Of a stretch of 64,000 nucleotides of DNA, positions 34,516 to 44,459 are shown one piece after another. The stretch's first letter is position 1. Each line of letters starts with the position of its first letter. The translations under genes were made by a program, and so were the position numbers. The notes beneath the pieces are model-generated. The model was not told the origin of the DNA. It ran no database searches and saw only the letters and a list, made by a program, of their open reading frames with translations. The DNA is from an uncultured cyanobacterium. GTDB taxonomy: Bacteria > Cyanobacteriota > Cyanobacteriia > Cyanobacteriales > CAWUOF01. The stretch is taken from NCBI GenBank assembly GCA_963744145.1, contig CAVUSO010000001.1, forward strand, positions 5,024,001 through 5,088,000, given 5' to 3'.

Positions 34516-35172
34516 ATGACTCAAATAAATCAAATAACCCAAGAGATAATTGTCCAATTAAGATCCCTATCTCCTGAACACCAACGGGCGGTAATTGATT
34601 TGATTAGTGCGTTGCAAGTATCCACCGCTAAATCCCAGGGAGATCAACCAGAATTAGATAGCAATAATGCGGTTATTAAAATTAGCGTTTATCAGGTGTT
34701 AGGCAAATCAGAGCTAACTTTTGAACATGAAGGTCAGATGATTTATTCCCTAATTGTTGAAGGGTTTAATCATGGTAAAACAGTAGTTTTATCGTTCAAA
34801 GATATCAAACAAATTACTTGGTCATTTATTACTAAGGCGATCGGTCAGTTGTATGAATATTTTCCTGAATATCAGATCCAATCTTCTTTGCAATTAGTGG
34901 ATATTACTGATGCAGATTTGGAATTTGTTAATCATATTATTCAAATCAAAAAGGATTATTTAAGAGACCCAGAAACTTTGAATCGACAGCTAACTAATGA
35001 AGAATTAGAAAAACTTCGACACGACTACCCTGACAATCACATATTTCAAGTAGTGGGGATGTTTAAAGATGATGAAACATTTGATGATATGTTGGCTTAC
35101 ATTGCTGAGTACCGTCAAGCATTAGATGAGGAATATTTTCGACAACTTGGTGTGGAGAAAGTGGAAAATTGA
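34516..35172 (+). CDS. Putative antitoxin-like fusion with central STAS-like (DUF4325-like) domain
   Basis: Central GQMIY...VVLSFKDIKQITWSFITKAIGQLY; C-terminal VGMFKDDETFDDM resembling antitoxins upstream of VapC; overlaps start of a PIN gene. Confidence 0.5.
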   Translation: MTQINQITQEIIVQLRSLSPEHQRAVIDLISALQVSTAKSQGDQPELDSNNAVIKISVYQVLGKSELTFEHEGQMIYSLIVEGFNHGKTVVLSFKDIKQITWSFITKAIGQLYEYFPEYQIQSSLQLVDITDADLEFVNHIIQIKKDYLRDPETLNRQLTNEELEKLRHDYPDNHIFQVVGMFKDDETFDDMLAYIAEYRQALDEEYFRQLGVEKVEN

Positions 35173-35366
35173 CTCTAAGAATATTAGATACAGATCATAT
35201 TTCTCTATTGGAGAGAGCGCAACCTTTAATAGTTGAGCGATTCAAGAGATACCCTGTGGAAAAAATAGCAATAACCATAATTACTTGGGAAGAACAAATA
35301 CGTGGTCGTCTGAATATAATTAGACAAGCTACTTCTTCCGAACAAAGAATATCAGCTTATACCAAC
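35169..35366 (+). pseudogene. Truncated PIN/VapC toxin gene
   Basis: ILDTDHIS and ITIITWEEQIRG N-terminal PIN motifs, cut after ~66 codons. Confidence 0.75.
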
Positions 35367-35500
35367 ATGAAGTTTACAGAAACTAAACTGAAGGGAGCTT
35401 TTGTTATAGAAGTGGAGCCAATTGAAGATGAGCGAGGTTTTTTTTGCTCGGTCTTGGTGCCAAAAAGAGTTGACCAACTATGGTTTAAATCCTCACTGGG
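35367..35500 (+). pseudogene. 5' fragment of dTDP-4-dehydrorhamnose 3,5-epimerase (rfbC/rmlC-like)
   Basis: MKFTETKLKGAFVIEVEPIEDERGFF then ARSWCQKEL in shifted frame. Confidence 0.75.
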
Positions 35501-35504
35501 TTTT

Positions 35505-35625
35505 TCCAGGGTTAGCGCATCTAATTTTGTCACCGATGACCCAAGAATCGACCGAACTAAACGACATTTATTAATTGATATTGTTGGCTATTGCTATTTT
35601 AGCAGTTCTGTGTGGTGCTGACAGG
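35505..35625 (+). mobile_element. Short remnant of an ISAs1-family transposase N-terminus
   Basis: DPRIDRTKRHLLIDIV then AIAILAVLCGAD in shifted frame. Confidence 0.7.
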
Positions 35626-35656
35626 GTAAGCGGATCTAAATTGAGATAAATTTTAC

Positions 35657-35691
35657 TTGACAAAAAAGCATTGATAATGATCATCATTCAA
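35657..35691 (+). promoter_or_regulatory. Promoter with TTGACA -35 overlapped by a Zur/Fur-type box
   Basis: TTGACA at 35657-35662; TGATAATGATCATCA at 35672-35686, one mismatch to the TGATAAT-N-ATTATCA 7-1-7 palindrome. Confidence 0.55.
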
Positions 35692-35870
35692 CGACCATCC
35701 ACGCTAACTCTCTTCATCTGAGGTAATGCTTCCATGTCTCAATGCTTTAAATTGACTGATGCGCCCTCTACAATTAACTGAACTGTATTGGCCATATTTT
35801 GATATGATCGACCAGTTGTGGGTAGCAGATTTATTGGCGATCACAGCTTATTTTAGTAAAGGGTTATTCT

Positions 35871-37151
35871 ATGTCTAGTTCCCAACTTAAACGAGACTTG
35901 GGTCTGTTCGGTGCCGTGATGATGGGACTAGGTGCCATTATTGGTACAGGTGTTTTTGTCAGTATTGGAATTGCCGCGGGAATTGCTGGACCTGCGGTGA
36001 TTTTAGCAGTCGCGATCGCTGCATTAGTGGCAACTTGTAATGGTTTAAATAGCGCTCAACTCGCGGCTAATCACGCAGTTAGTGGGGGAACTTATGAATA
36101 TGGATATCATTATCTCACCCCAGCACTGGGTTTTACTGCCGGTTGGATGTTTTTAATTGCTAAATCAGCTTCCGCTGCTACCGCAGCTTTAGGTTTTGCG
36201 GGTTATTTTTTAAATTTTATCGGTTGGAGCGATCGCAGTTTATTAATTCCTTTAGCCCTCGGTGCGGTGTTGGGATTTACCTTAATTGTCCTCGGAGGTA
36301 TTAAACGTTCTAATTTTGCCAATATTGTGATCGTTTCAATTACCCTGCTGTCTTTAGCTTTCTTTGCGATCGCCGGATTACCCACCGTTACCCAAACCGG
36401 ATTAACCCATTTCACCCCCTTCTTTAATTCTACTCCATTAACTTCTATTCTCCATGCTAGTGCTTTAATGTTTGTCGCCTATAGTGGATATGGACGGATT
36501 GCTACTTTAGGGGAAGAAGTCCATGAACCTAAACGCACGATTCCGCAAGCGATAATTATGACCTTACTGATCACCATGCTGCTCTATATGGTAGTGGCGA
36601 TCGTGGCAGTTGGTGCAGTCGGAGCCACAGAAATGGAGTTGGCTACCCATCAGAAATTTGCTGCACCATTAGAATTAGTAGCAAGTCAGTTTAGCATTAC
36701 TGGTAGTTCTCAAATTATTGCCGTTGGTGCTATAACTGCCATGTTAGGGGTACTACTTAACTTAATTATCGGGTTATCGCGGGTAGTGCTAGCAATGGGT
36801 AGAAGAAGGGATTTGCCCCAGATATTCTCAAGATTAAATAACCAGGGAACAACTCCAAGTCTAGCTGTGATCTTGGTGGGAGTAGCGATCGCGGGTTTAG
36901 TCTTAATTGGTGATGTGAAAACTACTTGGTCTTTTAGTGCTTTTTCGATTTTAATCTACTATGCCATTACCAATTTAGCAGCATTAAACCTTTCGGCAGA
37001 AGCAAGACTTTATCCCCGTTGGGTGGGATGGATGGGGTTATCTAGTTGTTTACTATTGGCTTTTTGGGTCGAACGTGAGATCTGGATAACGGGTATTGGC
37101 TTAATCCTGGCTGGATTAATTTGGCATAAATTGAGAAAACTGCAAAATTGA
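35871..37151 (+). CDS. APC family amino acid permease, copy 1
   Basis: GAIIGTGVF TM1 motif, SGGTYEY, FVAYSGY...EEVHEPKRTIP; ~12 hydrophobic segments. Confidence 0.9.
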   Translation: MSSSQLKRDLGLFGAVMMGLGAIIGTGVFVSIGIAAGIAGPAVILAVAIAALVATCNGLNSAQLAANHAVSGGTYEYGYHYLTPALGFTAGWMFLIAKSASAATAALGFAGYFLNFIGWSDRSLLIPLALGAVLGFTLIVLGGIKRSNFANIVIVSITLLSLAFFAIAGLPTVTQTGLTHFTPFFNSTPLTSILHASALMFVAYSGYGRIATLGEEVHEPKRTIPQAIIMTLLITMLLYMVVAIVAVGAVGATEMELATHQKFAAPLELVASQFSITGSSQIIAVGAITAMLGVLLNLIIGLSRVVLAMGRRRDLPQIFSRLNNQGTTPSLAVILVGVAIAGLVLIGDVKTTWSFSAFSILIYYAITNLAALNLSAEARLYPRWVGWMGLSSCLLLAFWVEREIWITGIGLILAGLIWHKLRKLQN

Positions 37152-37168
37152 TAGTAAAGGGTTATTCT

Positions 37169-38449
37169 ATGTCTAGTTCTCAACTTAAACGGGACTTGGG
37201 TCTGTTTGGTGCCGTGATGATGGGACTAGGTGCCATTATTGGTACAGGTGTTTTTGTCAGTATTGGAATTGCCGCGGGAATTGCTGGACCTGGGGTGATT
37301 TTAGCAGTCGCGATCGCTGCATTAGTGGCAACTTGTAATGGTTTAAGTATCGCTCAACTTGCGGCTAATCATGCAGTTAGTGGGGGAACTTATGAATATG
37401 GATATCATTATCTCACCCCAGCACTGGGTTTTACTGCCGGTTGGATGTTTTTAGTGGCTAAATCAACTTCAGCTGCTACCGCAGCTTTAGGTTTTGCGGG
37501 TTATTTTTTAAATTTTATCGGTTGGAGCGATCGCAGTTTATTAATTCCTTTAGCCCTCGGTGCGGTGTTGGGATTTACCTTAATTGTCCTCGGAGGTATT
37601 AAACGTTCTAATTTTGCCAATATTGCGATCGTTTCGATTACCGTGCTGTCTTTAGCTTTTTTTGTGATCGCCGGATTAACCACCGTTACCCAAACGGGAT
37701 TAACTCATTTCACGCCCTTCTTTAATTCTACTCCATTAACTTCTGTTCTCCATGCTAGTGCTTTAATGTTTGTCGCCTATAGTGGATATGGACGAATTAC
37801 TACTTTAAGTGAAGAAGTCCATGAACCTAAACGCACGATTCCGCAAGCGATAATTATTACTTTACTGATCACCATGCTGCTCTATATGGTAGTGGCGATC
37901 GTGGCAGTTGGTGCAGTCGGAGCCACAGAAATGGAGTTGGCTACCCATCAGAAATTTGCTGCACCATTAGAATTAGTAGCAAGTCAGTTTAGCATTACTG
38001 GTAGTTCTCAAATTATTGCCGTTGGTGCTATAACTGCCATGTTAGGGGTGCTACTCAACTTAATTATTGGTTTATCACGGGTAGTGCTAGCAATGGCCAG
38101 AAAACAGGATTTACCCCAGATATTCTCAAGATTAAATAGCCAGGAAACAAGTCCAGATTTAGCTGTGATCTTGGTCGGAGTAGCGATCGCGGGTTTAGTC
38201 TTAATTGGTGACGTGAAAACTACTTGGTCTTTTAGTGCTTTTTCGATTTTAATCTACTATGCCATTACCAATTTAGCAACATTAAAACTTTCAGCAGAAG
38301 CAAGACTTTATCCCCGTTGGGTGGGATGGATGGGGTTATTTAGTTGTTTACTGTTAGCTTTTTGGGTCGAACCTGAGAATCTGGATGACGGGAATTGGAT
38401 TAATCCTGGCTGGATTAATTTGGCATAAATTGAGAAAACTGAAAATTGA
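37169..38449 (+). CDS. APC family amino acid permease, copy 2 (tandem duplicate, +1 frameshift near 38380)
   Basis: Near-identical to copy 1 with 1298-bp period; extra A alters the last helix. Confidence 0.85.
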
Positions 38450-38496
38450 TGTCCAGGAGGAAAGAGTATAAATTCCCACCTCCTGAGTTTGGTTGT

Positions 38497-38709
38497 TTAA
38501 GCTTCATCGTAAGCTTCTAGATCAAGGAGATGGATATATGGTTCGACTAAATTGGGACGCTGAAATGCGATCGCTCTCAATAAATGCCAATCCTCTAATC
38601 CTTCAAAAACAGTAGCATAATCATCTTGATCCAGGCGTGCAGCCAGCTTTTCTACATCAGCTACACTCAAAGCCGAAATATCTTGCTTAGAAATGTGAGA
38701 AGTTGCCAT
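38497..38709 (-). CDS. Small conserved cyanobacterial protein (DUF2555-like)
   Basis: LAARLDQDDY...FEGLEDWHLLRAIAFQRP motif recognised. Confidence 0.75.
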   Translation of the reverse strand: MATSHISKQDISALSVADVEKLAARLDQDDYATVFEGLEDWHLLRAIAFQRPNLVEPYIHLLDLEAYDEA

Positions 38710-38848
38710 TGCTAACGCCCTCCATTAATTACGACCTGTATCTAGCTCGCTGACTAGACACATTTGCTAATTCTATTGTAACTGATGACTTTTAGCTTGA
38801 AAAAATAACTTATCTTATCCCAATTTAATGTGAAGTTGCATAGAGCTA

Positions 38849-38981
38849 GATCCCCCTAAATCCCCCTTAACAAGGGGGACTTTAAATTCATGCTCCCCCT
38901 TGTTAAGGGGGCTGGGGGGATGGCTCCCCCCGTTAAGGGGTGGGGGGATGGCTCCCCCTTGTTAAGGGGGCTGGGGGGATC
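38849..38981. repeat. Cyanobacterial REP/MITE-like palindromic element with tandemly amplified right arm
   Basis: GATCCCCCTAAATCCCCCTTAACAAGGGGG followed by three CTCCCCC(T)TGTTAAGGGGGCTGGGGGGAT-type units. Confidence 0.8.
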
Positions 38982-39011
38982 AATTCTCTGCACCCTCATC
39001 GAAAATTGGTA

Positions 39012-39665
39012 TTAAACACTTTTTGATTTTGTTGGTGCTAGAGTCTCAAGGATAAACTGTCGGATTAACTTGATTCCTGCTGGAATGATCTCATGTCCCA
39101 TCTCAAGCTCATGGTATTCTACCGGGAAACCCACAGCAGTTAAATCATCTCGTGATTTTCTAGCTGCCGACAATAGGACAACATGATCATGTTTACCATG
39201 TAAAATTAATATTGGTTTAATGATTTTTTCTTCGATCGCTTTTGGATCAAAATGAAGATATCCACTCAAACATATTAACCCAGCCAAGGGCAAGTTAAAC
39301 CCAACATCGAGAGTCATTGCCCCACCTTGCGAAAACCCGCTTAAAATTGTCTTCTCTAAAGGTACTCCCGAGATCCCTTCGACCGAAGCTAACCATTCGA
39401 TCAGCAATTGCCGACTTTCAACTAACTCTTCTTCCCGCTGGTTCTCAAAGTCATACCACATTTTTCCGTCTGAGGAATAGGGATGGGGAAAAGGGGCTTC
39501 AGGAAATAAAAAGTGATAGTCAGGTAGGTTTAAAAAAGGCACCAAAGATGGTAAATCATTAGCATTCGCACCCCAACCATGTAATAATATAATCAGACCA
39601 GTAGCAGGTTGACCGTTGGCTGGGGGAATGTTAATTACTTTTAAAGACAAAAGTTTTCTCCGCAA
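39012..39665 (-). CDS. Alpha/beta hydrolase (phospholipase/carboxylesterase family)
   Basis: LHGWGAN, GFSQGG nucleophile elbow, HGKHD, MGHEI. Confidence 0.9.
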   Translation of the reverse strand: MRRKLLSLKVINIPPANGQPATGLIILLHGWGANANDLPSLVPFLNLPDYHFLFPEAPFPHPYSSDGKMWYDFENQREEELVESRQLLIEWLASVEGISGVPLEKTILSGFSQGGAMTLDVGFNLPLAGLICLSGYLHFDPKAIEEKIIKPILILHGKHDHVVLLSAARKSRDDLTAVGFPVEYHELEMGHEIIPAGIKLIRQFILETLAPTKSKSV

Positions 39666-39891
39666 TTAAATATAATCTTTCACAAAGAATACAACAGACC
39701 TTGAGAGAAAATTGAGATAGATCAGTATTTTTTTAACAACTATTTTGGGAAATATTTTGGGAAATATTTTTGCAAGTAAAAAGTGAAAGATTAAACTAGA
39801 ATAGTTATAACCCTATTTTTCAATAGAGTTAGCTCATTTTTGCTTTTTACTTTTCACTTTTTACCAGTTATTATTTTAGGAGCGAGACTGG

Positions 39892-40164
39892 TTAAACCAA
39901 AGATCCTTGTGCCATTCCAAAGCCACCACGACGACGATCTTCTTGATAGTTACCTCTAAATGAGCCGCTTTCGCCCCCATTTCCAGCTTGTCCATTACCG
40001 CTACCGTCCCACTGATTATCGCCCTCTTCATCAGTAGTTTTCTTCATTCCTCCTTGATATCGTCTTTTGGAGAAACGACCATTAGTTTTGCGTTTGCGGA
40101 ATTTGCGGGCGTATGCCTGATTGCGTAAGGCTTTTTCTTTTTTTGGGTTGCGGCGTTTAGCCAT
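39892..40164 (-). CDS. Small basic conserved hypothetical protein with low-complexity tail
   Basis: MAKRRNPKKEKALRNQAYARKFRK start after GAGG RBS; Lys/Arg-rich N-half, Gly-rich C-half. Confidence 0.65.
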   Translation of the reverse strand: MAKRRNPKKEKALRNQAYARKFRKRKTNGRFSKRRYQGGMKKTTDEEGDNQWDGSGNGQAGNGGESGSFRGNYQEDRRRGGFGMAQGSLV

Positions 40165-40714
40165 TTTGACCTCATAAATAAACGACAATGATACTACCAG
40201 GATTGGGATACTGCCAGATAATCAGTGCTTTTTGCAGCAACTATTCCTAGAGTCAGCCCCCTTCTGGTTAGGTTGTAATCAACACCAGATGTTGGAAATT
40301 AATTTCCGAAAGCAATATACGGCTTAGTCTGATCGATAAATTAGGAGATCATCTCCTCCTCGTGACCTTAATGCCGTATTCTGAAAATATTTCTTTCAGG
40401 TCTGCTTTGGATTGCTGGATCTAACCGGTTGTCCAAGTAAATGGTCATTAAGAAATTATCCATCCCAACTCTAAAGTCAAGATGAAAGTCGGTGAGATCT
40501 GTGCAAAAAACCTCGCTGCTTGAGCCGCGATCGGATGCTCAGACGTTCAATTTGCTATCGGGGCCAAACGGGTCACTCGACTACTGACGTTACCGAACTT
40601 ACATCTATCTAGTCCATCATATCATGTTCTTTTTTTTTGCCTGCTAGGTAATAAAGGAAATCAGATTTGATATAATTACTCGGTTGTCCATTTATACCCT
40701 GGGGTTAACCAATA

Positions 40715-42266
40715 ATGGCAGGTTTAGCGCTGCTGAGTACATCTGACAAAACCGGACTAATCGATTTAGCGATAACTCTGGTAGAAAAATATAATTTTGA
40801 GCTGATTAGCAGTGGTGGAACGGCTCAAACCCTGAAAAATGCTGGGATAAATGTCACTAAGGTTTCCGATTATACTGGTTTTCCAGAAATATTAGGTGGA
40901 AGAGTGAAAACTTTACACCCTCGAATTCATGGGGGAATTCTCGCTAGACGGGATTTACCCGAAGAATTTAGAAGATTTAAACCATCATCAGATTCGTCCC
41001 ATTGATTTGGTGGTAGTTAATCTTTATCCCTTTGAGCAAACGATCGCTAATCCAGAGGTAAGTTTAGCTAACGCGATCGAACAAATTGATATCGGTGGTC
41101 CAGCCATGTTGCGGGCTGCTGCCAAAAACTATCATCATCTTACAGTTTTATGTAATCCAGCTCAATATGATGGTTATCTGAAAGAAATTGAGCAGAATCA
41201 GGGTACAGCATCTTTAGCTTTTCGTCAAGCTTGTGCCCAAGCAGCATTTTCCCATACTGCAACTTATGATTTAGCGATCGCGAATTATCTAGAGCAATCT
41301 GGGACACCAAATCCCTTAGCTCCTCTCCCCTCAGTTTTTGGATTAGCAGGAAAACAACTACAATCTTTAAGATATGGAGAAAATCCCCATCAACCAGCAG
41401 CTTGGTATCAAGTCGGAGCGATCGCTCAAGGTTGGGCAGCAGCAATTAAACTACAAGGGAAAGAATTAAGCTATAATAATTTAATTGATTTAGAAGCAGC
41501 ACGACGATTGATTACGGAATTTAGAGATGTCCCAGCAGCAGTCGTGATTAAACATACTAATCCTTGTGGGGTAGCACTAGGAAGCACTTTAAACGAAGCC
41601 TATAATAAAGCTTTTCAGGCTGATTCAGTTTCTGCTTTTGGCGGAATTGTAGCTTTAAATCAGCCCATTGATGGTGCTACTGCAACTGCATTGACGAAAA
41701 CATTTTTAGAATGTGTAGTAGCACCAGGATATGAACCAGATGCAGCAGAAATTCTCCATCATAAGTCTAAGGTACGAGTTTTAATTTTACCTGATTTAGT
41801 CACCGGATCTCAGCGTTTGGTTAAAGCAATTGCTGGGGGATTTTTAGTGCAGGATGCGGATGATTTGGTAGAAAATAGTAGTCAATGGCAGATAGTAACT
41901 GAAAAACATCCTGATCCTAGTCAGATGGAAGAGTTACTATTTGCTTGGAAAGTAGCTAAACACGTTAAGTCTAATGGAATTGTCATCACTCGCGATCGGG
42001 CTACTTTAGGAATTGGTGCTGGTCAAATGAATCGGGTCGGTTCGGTGAAAATTGCTTTAGAACAAGCAGGAGCAAAAGCTCAAGGTGCAGTTTTAGCTAG
42101 TGATGGTTTTTTCCCCTTTGATGATTCAGTCCGAATTGCTGCTAGTCAAGGAATTACAGCGATCGTTCAACCTGGAGGTAGTTTGAAAGATGATGATTCG
42201 ATTAAAGCTGCAAATGAATTAGGATTGGTGATGGTTTTCACTGGTGTGCGTCATTTTCTCCATTAA
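40715..42266 (+). CDS. purH: Bifunctional AICAR transformylase/IMP cyclohydrolase, one frameshift near 40965
   Basis: [51 protein letters not shown]. Confidence 0.95.
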
Positions 42267-42290
42267 AAACATGATTGTCAAAGAAAATTA

Positions 42291-43142
42291 ATGATGGTAA
42301 ACACTTCCTTATCACTAAGTTCCCATGATGTAACAGTGAAAATCCTGTTAATGGGTGGTCAGGAATATACAGTCATCCTCAAGTCTGATTCTCCGATCTT
42401 AAGCAGTCTATTTCAAGCAGTTGGTTTAGTTTCTCAATGGGAAGCAAATCCCTTAAGTCAAGTGTTTGAAATTCCGCTCAATCAAGGTCGAGCATCCTTA
42501 TGTTTTCCGAGAAAGTATTTAGTTGGATTAGTTACAGACCCACCGATAACAATCAATCAAGTTCAACCGTCGTTATATTTGCATATTCCCAATTTTCTAC
42601 CTGTCGAAGAAAATAAAGCCCTGTTAGAATATGTTTGTAATCATCCCTCTTCCTTTGCTCCATCCCAAATTTCCCACGTTAATCCTGAGCATAATTACCG
42701 GAAGTCTCTGGTATCATACTCCTTCTATCGACCAATGATTACTCGGGTTGAATCAATTGCACCTTATGTATTAGATCAGCTAAATGTTGCTCAATTTCCT
42801 TTCTGGGTAGAATCACAGTTAACTGCTAGTAACGATGGTGATTTTTTTAAAATTCATAAGGATAACTATAGTCCAGAATTACTCACGCGAGAACTTACCT
42901 ATGTGTACTATTTTTATCGAGAACCAAAAGCTTTTACTGGAGGAGAATTGCAGTTGTATGATGATCAGGTAGAAAGTAATTTTTATGTGCCAGCTAATAC
43001 CTATAAAATAATTCAACCGCTTAACAATAGTATCATTTTTTTCTTGAGTCATCATTGGCACGAAGTTTTACCAGTAAGTTGTCCTTCCCAAGCTTTTGGT
43101 GACAGTCGTTTTACTATTAATGGTTGGATTAGACGTAGATAA
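42291..43142 (+). CDS. 2OG-Fe(II) oxygenase (prolyl-4-hydroxylase-like), paralogue 1
   Basis: KIHKD, FTGGEL, WHEV, SRFTINGW. Confidence 0.85.
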   Translation: MMVNTSLSLSSHDVTVKILLMGGQEYTVILKSDSPILSSLFQAVGLVSQWEANPLSQVFEIPLNQGRASLCFPRKYLVGLVTDPPITINQVQPSLYLHIPNFLPVEENKALLEYVCNHPSSFAPSQISHVNPEHNYRKSLVSYSFYRPMITRVESIAPYVLDQLNVAQFPFWVESQLTASNDGDFFKIHKDNYSPELLTRELTYVYYFYREPKAFTGGELQLYDDQVESNFYVPANTYKIIQPLNNSIIFFLSHHWHEVLPVSCPSQAFGDSRFTINGWIRRR

Positions 43143-43172
43143 AGTAGGTGAGTGGAGATAAAATTGGTAGGG

Positions 43173-43244
43173 GTAGGGGCGAAGCATTCGGGCGACAATT
43201 GAGCAATGAAACCAGCAATATTAGATCCGAATGCTTCACCCTTC
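43173..43244. repeat. REP-like inverted repeat element
   Basis: GTAGGGGCGAAGCATTCG ... CGAATGCTTCACCCTTC. Confidence 0.75.
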
Positions 43245-43322
43245 TTCTAAAGCCGAAATATCTCAAAAAATTCTTAACTGAATGTATTTTAATATATAGT
43301 TGATCTGTTGGCTGCATAGATG

Positions 43323-43493
43323 GTAAGGGCAAAGCATTTCGGTAATATTATTCTTCCCTTCGACTACGCCCCCTTCGACTACGCTCAGGGTAAACTTCGA
43401 CTCCGCCCTTCGACTACGCTCAGGGTAAACTCAGGGTAAACTCAGGGTAAACGTTTAAGCTATCATTTATTTGCCGAAATGCTTTGCCCCTAC
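43323..43493. repeat. REP-like inverted repeat containing a nested second repeat family
   Basis: GTAAGGGCAAAGCATTTCGG ... CCGAAATGCTTTGCCCCTAC enclosing iterated CCCTTCGACTACGCTCAGGGTAAAC units. Confidence 0.8.
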
Positions 43494-43550
43494 AGTTAAC
43501 TGAACCGTAGTGTACAATATTTAGTTTCACCAAAAAAAAAACAATCAATT

Positions 43551-44423
43551 ATGGCATTTTCTTCTGAGTCACAACCTGTTCGGGATATAACAGTTAAAAT
43601 CCTTTTAACTGGTGGTCAAGAATATACGGTAATCCTGAAATCTGATTCTCTGATCTTACGCAGTCTATTTCAAGCAGTGGGATTACTTTCTAAATGGGAG
43701 GGAAATCCCTTAGCTAAAGTATTTGAAATTCCCATTGATAAAGGTCGAGCATCTTTATGTTTTCCGCGAGAACATTTAATTGGTTTAGTTACTGATCCAC
43801 CGGTCACGGTCAATAAAGTACAGTCATCATTTTACTTGCATTTTCCCAATTTTCTGACTTCAGAAGAAAAAGAAAATTTATTAGATTATACGCTGAAAAT
43901 TGCACCTTCATTTCAAGTATCCGCAGTAACTACTGGGATTGATTCTGGTTATCGAAAATCATCGATATTACCATTTTTTTCTGAAATTTGTAAGACTATA
44001 GAAGTATATAAGGTAATCAATGATAGAATTGAAGCAATGATCCCTTATGTGTTAAATAAACTAGATATTCCTGTATTTTCTTTTTCGATGGAATCACAAT
44101 TGACAGCTAGTAATGATGGAGATTTTTTTAAAATCCATAATGATCACCATGGTTCACGTATAGCTAATCGAGAACTCACTTATGTTTACTATTTTTATCG
44201 AGAACCAAAAGGTTTTAGTGGGGGAGAGATGCGGATGTACGATAGTACAATAGAAAATAATTTTTGTGTTGCTGCTGATACATTTAAAACTATTGAACCC
44301 CAGAATAATAGTATTATCTTTTTCTTAAGTCATTATCTGCACGAAGTTTTACCAGTAAGTTGTCCTTCTAAAAATTTTGCTGATAGTCGTTTTACTATTA
44401 ATGGTTGGGTGAGAAGAAGATAA
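43551..44423 (+). CDS. 2OG-Fe(II) oxygenase, paralogue 2
   Basis: KIHND, FSGGEM, LHEV, SRFTINGW. Confidence 0.85.
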   Translation: MAFSSESQPVRDITVKILLTGGQEYTVILKSDSLILRSLFQAVGLLSKWEGNPLAKVFEIPIDKGRASLCFPREHLIGLVTDPPVTVNKVQSSFYLHFPNFLTSEEKENLLDYTLKIAPSFQVSAVTTGIDSGYRKSSILPFFSEICKTIEVYKVINDRIEAMIPYVLNKLDIPVFSFSMESQLTASNDGDFFKIHNDHHGSRIANRELTYVYYFYREPKGFSGGEMRMYDSTIENNFCVAADTFKTIEPQNNSIIFFLSHYLHEVLPVSCPSKNFADSRFTINGWVRRR

Positions 44424-44459
44424 GGGTTGAGCAGGAAAATAATTCGGGAGTAATTAGAG

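Noticed and set aside
1..35625. tRNA-anchored integrative element or prophage
   Set aside because: No integrase or phage genes, and I saw no duplicated tRNA 3' end (att) in the window
30761..35625. Integron cassette array
   Set aside because: No integron integrase and no recurring attC-like palindromes between genes
40400..40620. 6S RNA or other named ncRNA
   Set aside because: I could not match it to a known RNA family by eye; reported only as a candidate leader
43356..43452. CRISPR-like repeats
   Set aside because: Irregular partial units without spacers; REP-like
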